From: Octopus sinensis
Taxonomy: Eukaryota
Assembly (NCBI RefSeq): GCF_006345805.1
Contig: NC_043009.1
Coordinates: forward strand, 23,808,001-23,872,000
Direction: 5' to 3'
DNA length: 64,000 nucleotides
The notes under the pieces were generated by a model. It was not told where the DNA came from and made no database searches. It was given only the letters and a program-made list of their open reading frames with translations. Position numbers and translations under genes: made by a program. Shown here piece by piece: positions 53,790 to 64,000 of this stretch (positions are counted from its first letter, which is position 1; every line of letters begins with the position of its first letter).

Positions 53790-54900
53790 ATTTGCCGCTC
53801 CAGTGTTTTTGTTTGGTTATTGTGCTCAGCGCAACCTCTTCATAGATACGGTATTTTAACGTGTACAAAGAACTCTTTTTTTTTAAATCAAAGATCAGGT
53901 AGAAGACTATTCTATGAATACGCCTTGCGACACCTAAATCGTTGACTACTGCATTAAATGGTTCTTTTTCATTGCGGTCATCAACTGGAGAATGACGTAC
54001 TTCAGGGAAGCTTACAGTATTATGATGGCTGTTGATTTGTCTCCCTTTCAACAATGTCCCAGACTTAGTAGTAAATGGAAGTTAAATCTGGCGATGGGGG
54101 CTACGTGTTTGGGGTTACATGATTATAAAAATTATCTGATATCAATTCTTATGTTATGTGGAGGTTTGAGAGGAGATATTGTGTCTTGTTGGAAGACGCA
54201 TTGCCTTCCTATGCGTGCTTCAGTCATGAAAGGTTTACAATTGTCTCCTGTATTTCAACGTATTTAGTAATAGAAAAGACCATGTGTAAATAGGTGAAGT
54301 GGTATGACATAACTTTCGTTGCTCACTCTCTTAAAACCATCACAGTTATTCGAAACCGTGTACGTCACTTTTGAAACATCAGAAGGATCTGCACACAACC
54401 ATCTGTCATTTATCCAGCTAGAATTTGGTCTTGGTCAAAGTTTTTCTAACCAGTGAAGAACCAAAACATGTCATGTTCGTGAATTATTTCAACCTTGTTA
54501 AGTAACCGCTTGGCATGGATCAGGCGGTTTTCCTGTGCTTTGCAGGTATGAATTAGCCTCTCCTCAATACATAAGACCTTTATCGAACGTCTTCCAGCAT
54601 CACAGTTCTGATTGTCTACTTGGACAACTGAAGTTCTTTGGCGATGGCCCTTAATTGATTTTCGGGGATCACCATCATTAATATTCTGAGCCCGTTATAT
54701 GAATTACGGTGTCCTTATATTGTATGTATGTATTGTTCGCTTTGGTACAGTTGAAACATTCCCACCAAACGCTTCATATCCATCTGAACTTTGTGTACAA
54801 AATACCTGTCACTGATTAGAAAAATGGCAATTTCTAAATCGCTGTTTTCCGTACATATAGGATCAATGCCTGCATGTCTTTTAATCTTTTTGTGACAGCA
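53790..54900 (-). mobile_element. Decayed maT (DD37D)-like transposase
   Basis: Minus-strand remnants KNFDQDQ...DGC..TVMV, VFQQD, PSPDLTSIYY*VWDIVERET. Confidence 0.65.
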
Positions 54901-55100
54901 TTTTATCTGCTATGGAGTATCTGGAACAAATATAAGAGTTTGGTTTGAAGAGAGTTATACACAGATAACTATGTGTTCTCAAATTCTCCTCGAACAATGT
55001 GTATATGTACATATATATACACACCCGTCCATATATATATATACATGTATAAAAATATATATATACTAATCAGCATATATATATATTATTTATACACACA

Positions 55101-55170
<70 letters not shown>

Positions 55171-55191
55171 GTAAATACAGACATATACATA

Positions 55192-55520
55192 CATGGTGAT
55201 ATATCAAGATAAACAGCACATGGCCTTGCAGGTGGGTCTCAGAATTTTCTTCTGGTCAAGTAGCCCATCCTGATCAAAAGGTTCCTGAATAAGGGTTGTT
55301 TAAGGATGTTGAACGAAACACCCATGTTTCCAAAGGTGAATTATCCAAACCCCAAAGAATTCCTCTCAACACATGGCTATGATGCTCCTCCACTACTTCT
55401 GCTCGTGATCAGAGATGCACATATCGTCAGCCAATGAGGGACATGCTCAACTGGTTATGGTCAAACAACTGACAAGCAAATCTGTGGTACTGATCAAAAT
55501 ATTTGCTTAAGACCATCTTT
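55192..55520 (-). mobile_element. Family F retro-repeat
   Basis: Matches 61006-61500. Confidence 0.85.
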
Positions 55521-55664
55521 AGCCCATTTCCGCCCCGACGTCCGAAACTCGAGGTTTTATTATGGCAACAGAATAATTGTCACATATTATATTACAGATA
55601 AATTCTTCTATTTACATAATATCGACGTCTCATTCATTCTTTTGTTATCATACCATTAATATTA

Positions 55665-55882
55665 TATTTATTTATGCGCCCTTTTCAAACCTAGCCAGGC
55701 TCATGAGCCTGGTTTCCTGGTTTCTGTGGCGTATTTGTTCACCCCAGCTGGATGGGACACCAGGAAGAAAGAGTGAGAGAAAGTTGGGGCGTGGAGCTAT
55801 AGGTGTTTTCGGTCCCGGTCGAAACCGCGATCCTCCGACCGCGTGTCCACTTCCCTAACCACTGGGCCATTGCGCCTCCAAT
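55665..55882 (-). mobile_element. SINE family D, internally deleted
   Basis: Reverse head ggaggcgcaatggcccagtgg and tail ggctaggtttgaaaagggcgcataaa. Confidence 0.85.
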
Positions 55883-55887
55883 TAATA

Positions 55888-55962
<75 letters not shown>

Positions 55963-56239
55963 TATATATGTATATATATATATACACGCATAGATATACA
56001 TGTACGTACATACATATATATATATATATATACGTATACATATACATACAGATACACACACTCACACACACACACACACACACACGCACACACACACACA
56101 CATGTATATAATTAAGAGGAATAACCTCTATTAAGTAATTAAATAGTGGAAGAGATTATCTACAACAAATAGAAAACGTTAAATGTACTATTATAAATAT
56201 TATTTTTTAAAAATCACTAAATTATATATTATATAATCT

Positions 56240-56384
56240 CATGCAAGATTGATGTCTTACAAAAACTAGCCTTATTGGGCACAACGCACATCTTAAGGAC
56301 AGTAATATCTATCCGAGGTCCTTGTTGTGACTTGACAGATGACTAAAGACGCCGGTGTATTTTTACCTACAGTGTGTTACGAAG

Positions 56385-56392
<8 letters not shown>
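56240..56392 (+). mobile_element. R4/Dong-like 3' end running into a (TAA)n/(TGA)n array to about 56610
   Basis: LQKLALLGTTHILRTV, then gtgttacgaaggaataataa. Confidence 0.8.
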
Positions 56393-56432
<40 letters not shown>

Positions 56433-56469
56433 TAATAATAATAATAATAATAATAATAATATAATAATA

Positions 56470-56540
<71 letters not shown>

Positions 56541-56562
56541 TATAATAATAATAATAATAATG

Positions 56563-56594
<32 letters not shown>

Positions 56595-56678
56595 TAATAA
56601 TAATAACTATATATATATTAGTACGTTTATATATTTGTTGTGCAAGATTTTTTATGTGAAGTCGTGTGTTGAAACAGA

Positions 56679-57110
56679 TATTGTTATATTTCGGAATAGC
56701 CATTTTGCCAGTTTAGCCAATAAAAACACACGCACTATATATTTGGTGTTACTTTGCTTCAGTGTTATTTAGTTTTTACATTAATCTTAATCCTATTTCG
56801 GCCAGAGTTCTTTCGTCACACTCCTGTGACCGCACCAGTGGTCCTTTGTTTTCTTCTTTCTTATTTGTGTCTCTCTTTACTAACCGTCAGAAAAATGGCT
56901 GACGGTTAGTAAGGAGAGACACAAATAAGAAAGAAGAAAACAAAGGACCACTGATGCGGTCACAGGAGTGTGACGAAAGAACTCTGGCCGAAATAAGATT
57001 AAGATTAATGTAAAAAATATATAACACTGAAGCAAAGTAACATCAAATATATAGTGCGTGTGATTTTATTGGCTAAACTGGCAAAATGGCCATTCCGAAA
57101 TATAACAATA
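56679..57110. repeat. Fold-back P1: ~212-bp inverted arms, 8-bp spacer aaaaatgg (56891-56898)
   Basis: The arms are near-perfect reverse complements. Confidence 0.95.
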
Positions 57111-57286
57111 TATATATATATTATATAATTTTAATGTTTATTTAATTTAGTCATTTTTTGAATAATATTCATTATAGTATATTTGAATTTTTTCTATATG
57201 ATATGGATAATGTATATTATACATTATGAAATTTGATTTAGTATTTCTAAATTGAATTTTCGCTGTAAGTTTGGAATTATATTCCC

Positions 57287-57358
<72 letters not shown>

Positions 57359-57369
57359 TATTATTATTA

Positions 57370-57414
<45 letters not shown>

Positions 57415-57548
57415 CATTATTATTATATATAGATATATATAGTTTATGAGAAATAATGGTGTCAATAAGACCCAAAGGTGTCAGGTAATACTGAGTAAGT
57501 GCTATGGAGAGACCATAGTTAGGCTCCAGGTTCGGTGATTATACAAAT

Positions 57549-57953
57549 AAGGAGTCCAACGTAGGTCATATATCAGCATGTGTACATATAAAACATTTTT
57601 AGAATGAGATAAAAATCCAAGGCTGTGAAAGATTTTAGATCATTTATAAATAGAAGGTCTTACTGCTGTTTCCAGGATATTTATTATATCCCTTCATCGG
57701 AGACGGTGTGAGAAAATGGTTTAGCAATAGTTAATTTAGATAAGATATGAAATAGAGAGTGAAGTGGAGGAATGAAAAGAGTTGTAATTTTCTCACACCG
57801 TCTCCGATGAAGGGATAGATAAAATATCCCGGAAACAGCTGTAAGAGATATTTATAAACGTTCTAAAATCTTTCACAGTCTTGGATTTTTATCTCATTCT
57901 GAAATTTTTTTTATATATACACATGCTGATATATGATCTACGTTGGACTCCTT
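57549..57953. repeat. Fold-back P2: ~168-bp arms, ~69-bp spacer, with a CCGATGA hammerhead motif in each arm
   Basis: Plus-strand motif at 57800-57848 and its mirror at about 57655-57704. The spacer is the reverse complement of pseudo-LTR sequence seen at 10440-10500. Confidence 0.92.
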
Positions 57954-57960
57954 CTGAGAA

Positions 57961-58011
<51 letters not shown>

Positions 58012-58163
58012 AAGTAGATAAATGAATTATCTTATTACGGATAATTCAAATGATAACCGATACTTGGGTAGCAAAAATCACAACAGAAAGAGCACGGTTG
58101 AAGTTACGACCATGGGGTATAAAATCCGTGCCTTAGTGCGGAAATTTGAAGTTTTATATATTA

Positions 58164-58695
<532 letters not shown>

Positions 58696-59078
58696 AAAAT
58701 TAATCAAAGGACGTACTAGGTATGTCAACCTGCTTGAAATAACAGTCAAAACTCTTATTAAATCGCCAAAAATACATCGATGAAAACTACAAAAATCAAA
58801 CGAAGGTAAAATCAGACTAAGACAATCTACTAACATACATTTAAGTATTTGGACTCACGCCGACCGGTTTCTGCATTGGTAAAATAAAACCTTAGCTTCT
58901 TCAGCACGTGTCGGCGTGAGTCCAAATACTTAAATGTATGTTAGTAGATTGTCTTAGTCTGATTTTACCTTCGTTTGATTTCTGTAGTTTTCATCGATGT
59001 ATTTTTGGCGATTTAATAAGAGTTTTTACTGTTATTTCAAGCAGGTTGACATACCTAGTATGTCCTTTGATTAATTTT
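58696..59078. repeat. Fold-back P4: ~169-bp arms; the 45-bp spacer holds a minus-strand hammerhead-like core
   Basis: Arms 58696-58864 and 58910-59078; the minus strand reads CTGAAGA...GAA-ACCGGT-C at 58862-58904. Confidence 0.93.
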
Positions 59079-59203
59079 GATCCCTCGGCTATTTAATGCT
59101 ATTTTTTGGCCTGCTATCGCCTGTGTCATTGATTCTGTTACTATCATTTTTAAAATTGTTACATTGGATAATAATAGAATTAATGACACCTTCGTAAATT
59201 GAT

Positions 59204-59271
<68 letters not shown>

Positions 59272-59507
59272 ACACGAAGGATTCTTTCAGTTTCCGTCCA
59301 CCAAATCCTCTCATACATGGTCCGGGTCTATAGTGAAAGACACTTGCCCAACATGTTGAGCACTGAGACTGAACCCCAGAATACAGGTTTGGGAAGCAAA
59401 CTTCCTAACCACTCAGCCATGACTTTGTGTTTTCATATATTGTTTGTCAGTAATTTTTTGCAATCATACTTGTGAAAAAACAAATCATCTTTAACAATTT
59501 CTTACAG

Positions 59508-59678
59508 ATTTGACAAATACCAATGATAATGTTGCGGCAATGAAAATGGTAAAATCTGAGAATGATGACAGAAATGCCAGGAATGCCAATTTGACTGGTT
59601 CGTTATCAATACGGCAGGGTCCTTGTAAAGTCCTGGTCAATATGATTACCTGTCGCCTCATTGTCGGAGACAACGAAT
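59508..59678 (+). CDS. Second coding exon (171 nt) of the plus-strand precursor: (N)LTNTNDNVAAMKMVKSENDDRNARNANLTGSLSIRQGPCKVLVNMITCRLIVGDNE
   Basis: Acceptor tttaacaatttcttacag|, donor |gtaagt, open phase 1-1 frame that joins 46825 in frame, unique sequence. Confidence 0.8.
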
Positions 59679-60158
59679 GTAAGTAAAAGAAATTTAATAA
59701 AAAATATAATATAAAATAAAAATTAAAGGTATTCCTGACACAAACTGAAAGACTGACAAACAGATAAATATACGAACACGCACCATACAGAGAGGGAGAA
59801 AAAGAGAGAGAGAGAAAGAGAGAGTCTGAAATGACTGCAGACAAACATACAAACATGCATATATGCATACATACATACATACATACATACATACATACAT
59901 ACATACAAGCTGTCAAAGATAGGTAGACTGATAGATAGATAGACAGACATAGAAATAGAGAGCTAGATAGGCAGACAGACAAATAGATATAGATAGATAG
60001 ATGCATAGATAGACGGATAACCAGATTAATAGATTGTTAGATAACAGATAAATAGATCGATAGGTAGGTAGACAGACCGCTTCAGTAGCTCACTGGCCGA
60101 CGCTGTTGCTGCTCCGCCGACTGGTTCGCTGCCGGGGATGACCTCATCGCTCGCGGGG

Positions 60159-60279
<121 letters not shown>

Positions 60280-60402
60280 TGATAAATTGACAGATAGATG
60301 CTGACAAATGGGGAAACATTGATAGCTAGTCAGACATATTCACAGACATACAAACAGATAGAACTACAACAACAACCACTACTACTACTACTACTACTAC
60401 TT

Positions 60403-60470
<68 letters not shown>

Positions 60471-60489
60471 TCTGGAAGGTGGTGGATAA

Positions 60490-61000
60490 GCACTAGCGTT
60501 TTAGCTCTGGTTATTTTACGTTCTGACTTCAAAAACCTCGAGATCAATTTTGCCCTTACTTTTCAGCTTTTCCAGATCGACAATAAATCGAGCTAATCAA
60601 CCGATTCCATACCCTTAAAATATCTGACCTTGTGCTAAAATATTCGTGCAGGCAAAAGCACTAGCCCACTGAACACAAAGCTTATCGTCCGTCTTTATGT
60701 CCAGGGTACAAATTCGACTTTGTCTTAAACCCTTCCGGGTTGATGAAAGGAACACCAATTGAGCATTAGTGTCGATGTAATCGACTTGTGCTCTTCAACG
60801 ACAATTACAGGTCTTGTGCCTTGACACAATCGTTAGCTCACCGGGAAAAATGCTTAGCGGCATTTCGTCCGTCTTCACGTTCTGAATTCAAATTCTGTGA
60901 AGGGCGACTCTGCCTTTCATCTTTTCGGCGTCGATAAATTAAGTATTAGCGATCGGCTAATCCCATCCCCGAAAATTTCAGATCTTGTGCCTTTATTATT
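60490..61000 (+). mobile_element. Two to three decayed tandem SINE family B copies
   Basis: Repeated ttagc...ttacgttctga.ttcaaa...tttgcc...gtcgat...tcttgtgcc blocks. Confidence 0.7.
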
Positions 61001-61005
61001 ATTAT

Positions 61006-61500
61006 TGAGTGAGAGAGCAGTGCATGCCATCAAAGTGACACTGGGGTAAAATATACGAAGCCCAATATACCCATCATGACTATCCGTCTGATAAGGGTAC
61101 ACCAGGCACATGCATCACAACCATATGTGCGCGACATGGTGATCTCATATCAAGATAAACAGCACATGACCTTGCAGGTGGGGCCCAGTTAGAATTTTCT
61201 TCAGGTTGAGTAGCCCATCCCGCTCAAAAGGTCCCTGAATAAGGGTTGTTTAAGGATGTTGAAAGAACCACCCATGTTTCCAGAGGTGAATTATTCAAAC
61301 CCCAAAGAATCCCTCTCAACACATGGCTATGATGCACCCCACTACTTCTGCTCGTGATCAGAGATGCACATATCGTCAGCCACTTAGGGACATGGTCAAC
61401 TGGTTAAGGTCAAACAACTGACAAGCAAATCTGGTATTGAGCAGAATATTTGCTGTAGCCCATCTTTTATACCAAGACAAAACAATGTACATGATAACAC
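61006..61500 (-). mobile_element. Family F retro-repeat, fullest copy
   Basis: Preceded by (TTA)n; matches the 32-kb and 55-kb copies. Confidence 0.88.
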
Positions 61501-61503
61501 TTC

Positions 61504-61587
61504 CTTCCAATCAGTTAAGATCAGAAGCCATCTTCCAATCAGTTAAGATCAGAAGCCATCTTCCAATCAGTTAAGATCAGAAGCCAT
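61504..61587. repeat. Exact triplication of the 28-mer cttccaatcagttaagatcagaagccat
   Basis: Read directly from the sequence. Confidence 0.95.
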
Positions 61588-61799
61588 TTATTATTATTAT
61601 TATTATTATTATTATGATTATTATTATTATTATTATTATTACTAGGTCTTTTTCCGTTACTACGCTGCCGGTAAAATATTTGTTATCATGCACATCCTTT
61701 CATAAATTGGTCAAAGGGAAAGTCTTTTTTGAAGTTTGTGTTACATTGTCTATATGCTGAAAGACATACAGAAAGACACACACACACACACATACACAC

Positions 61800-61942
61800 A
61801 AAAGGAGCTTGCTTCTCAACCATACGGTTCCAAGTTCAGTCCCACCGCAAAGCACTTTGGGCAAGGTTCTTCTACTATAGCCTCGGGTCGACCAAAGCTT
61901 TGTCAGTGGATTTTATAGACGGAAACTGAAAAAAAGCCCGTC

Positions 61943-61945
<3 letters not shown>
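61800..61945 (+). mobile_element. SINE family A, 5' half
   Basis: ggagcttgcttctcaacca...gacggaaactgaaaaaagcccgtcg. Confidence 0.88.
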
Positions 61946-61987
<42 letters not shown>

Positions 61988-62199
61988 TACATGTATGTAT
62001 GCGTGTCTTTGTGTCTGTGCTTGTGTCCCCACCACCACCACCACCACCACCTATTTACGTACTTAATGTGGCTATTTGAATTTGTCATTTTCACTCACTC
62101 TAAGGTATCATTTATAAGCTTGGGCAATCACCAATATTTTTATCCTGACACCATCACTAGGTGGATTGCCAACCAAGGGTCAGAGAGTCCATAATAACC

Positions 62200-62720
62200 C
62201 TTATATACACACTGTTGGACGTCCGGTGACTCTCATAAGTTTCTCCTAACTTTGACGGGTCTTGTTTTTCAACTCTCAGGGTGCCCCAAGCATCTCCCAC
62301 TTCATCAAGCAAGCCTGGTGGAGGCTACAGAGTTAGTTGCTGACGACATGATCATTGTTATTATTATTTTATATCTCAGAGCTCTCCTTCTCGCTTGCTC
62401 TGGTTGATTCTGTGAGAGTGGATAGCAACTTGTCGGAGCATTCACAGGGTCTCTTTCCACAAATTATAGGCTTTGGTACTTAGATGTTAACTTACTGTGG
62501 AAGACACTCAACACTCAAAAACCAAAATTCAAAATCCTAACTGTCATCAATAGGGAAGCTTTTTGGGTCTGCTCTGACATCATATCAATTCGAATTTTTC
62601 TGATATATTACTCGAACTTGGTTGTTAGTGCACCGAGTGCCCCTAACACTGCTCTCCTCATTGCCCACATTCTTGCAATTTCGACTTTTAGCAGTCTGTA
62701 TTTTCCCTTCTTTTCCAGGT
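62200..62720 (-). mobile_element. R4/Dong-like C-terminus and 3' region
   Basis: KYRLLKVEIARMWAMR.AVLGALG matches the KYxxLxxEIxRMW..VVIGALG motif of restriction-endonuclease-like LINEs. Confidence 0.6.
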
Positions 62721-62885
62721 TGTTGTTGTTGCTGTTTTTGTTGTTGATGTTGTAATTTTCTTCTTCTTCTTCTTCTTCTTCTTCTGCTTCCTCCTCCTCT
62801 TCACCATCACCATCACCACCATTATCATCATCATCATCATCATCACCATCATCATCATCTTCTTCTACTTCCTCTTCAACATCAC

Positions 62886-62953
<68 letters not shown>

Positions 62954-62964
62954 CCACCACCATC

Positions 62965-63049
<85 letters not shown>

Positions 63050-63056
63050 CCACCAC

Positions 63057-63097
<41 letters not shown>

Positions 63098-63104
63098 CCA
63101 CCAC

Positions 63105-63156
<52 letters not shown>

Positions 63157-63200
63157 TTCTTCTTCTTCTTCTTCTTCTTCTTCTTCTTCTTCTTCTTCTC
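62720..63200. repeat. Compound trinucleotide array (GTT)n-(CTT)n-(CAT/CAC)n-(CTT)n
   Basis: Read directly from the sequence. Confidence 0.97.
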
Positions 63201-63332
63201 CTTCAGTAGTCTTATTTTTATCACGTGTTTTCACTACACTACCGAGTGCAGCTCTATGTGCTGTGGTTTGTTGTGATGCTCTTATTTTCACTGTATTGAA
63301 AGTTTTTTAACGTAAGATGTGTGCACTGCCTA

Positions 63333-63375
<43 letters not shown>

Positions 63376-63539
63376 TATTATTGTTGTTGTTGTTTTTGTT
63401 ATATTTTTTCAACCAGTTCGAACCCTCACATTCTTGCGGAACGATCGGTTTTTCAACGTTATCCACATAAATGGCAAATTATTGGCACGTAAGTCAAAAT
63501 CCTTTATGTATATATGCAATGTGTGTGTGCATGCGTGTG

Positions 63540-63615
<76 letters not shown>

Positions 63616-64000
63616 ATATATGCATATGCGCACACACATATGTATTTATGTATGTATGCATGTATGTGTGTGTGTATTTGTGTGTGATTGTGTGTGTGTA
63701 TGTATATGTCTGCATGTGCATGTTTGCGTACATTTAAACGTCGTCTTGTATGTAAAAGTACTTACAAGTATTTGAGGAAGTACCTGCATATATGTGTACG
63801 TAGGCATATGAAGCCAGTACCCATGACCCATTACACGTTCTCTGAGACTTGTGCTAGAGAAGGAGGAAGGTATTTTATGCCAGTGACCTGATCCCAAATC
63901 CTAGCATTAGAGTGGTTTCCGTAAAAGGCAGCCAAGGTATCAGGTGGTGATGCTTTACGGTTGACAGAATTAGCCCACCATCTAAGGGATTTTAACCCCG

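Noticed and set aside
57446-57538. Short ORF with C-x6-C in the intron
   Set aside because: Preceded only by a TA microsatellite, no credible acceptor, and the cysteine spacing differs from the family.
62105-62148. Candidate exon 3 of the plus gene (CIIYKLGQSPIFLS*); also 63810-63891
   Set aside because: Weak acceptors, an unpaired third Cys and no polyadenylation support; left unassigned.
62608-63291. 227-aa poly-Asp/Glu ORF, and the many poly-YI, HT, VC, LSIY and MYVC ORFs
   Set aside because: They are translations of microsatellites, with no splice or codon support.

Overview
Repeat-saturated animal DNA, very likely an octopod cephalopod. The evidence is the tRNA-derived SINE families, the extreme (TA)n/(CA)n/(TCTA)n/(TAA)n density and the large introns; there is no prokaryotic content. 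Most of the window is decayed mobile DNA: Tc1/mariner/maT transposons, Penelope-like elements (PLEs) and their pseudo-LTRs, Tx1/L1-, CR1-, RTE- and R4/Dong-like LINEs, Helitron-like non-autonomous elements and about five SINE families. Two signals stand out. (1) Two divergently oriented, multi-exon candidate genes for small secreted precursors. The plus-strand gene has a TATA box, a signal-peptide exon (46735-46825) and a phase-1 exon (59508-59678). The minus-strand gene has exons at 6286-6453 and 4325-4359, and possibly 11544-11694. Both encode a basic cleavage site followed by a shared PCK-x6-TC two-cysteine loop, and the minus-strand one predicts the amidated peptide [20 protein letters not shown]2. 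I do not recognise the family. (2) About fifteen minimal type I hammerhead-ribozyme motifs from several PLE families, including a compensatory U3-A8 core variant, plus four consecutive fold-back elements just upstream of the plus-gene exon 2. All calls were made by eye. Element boundaries are approximate (about +/-20 bp) unless TIRs, TSDs or splice sites are quoted.
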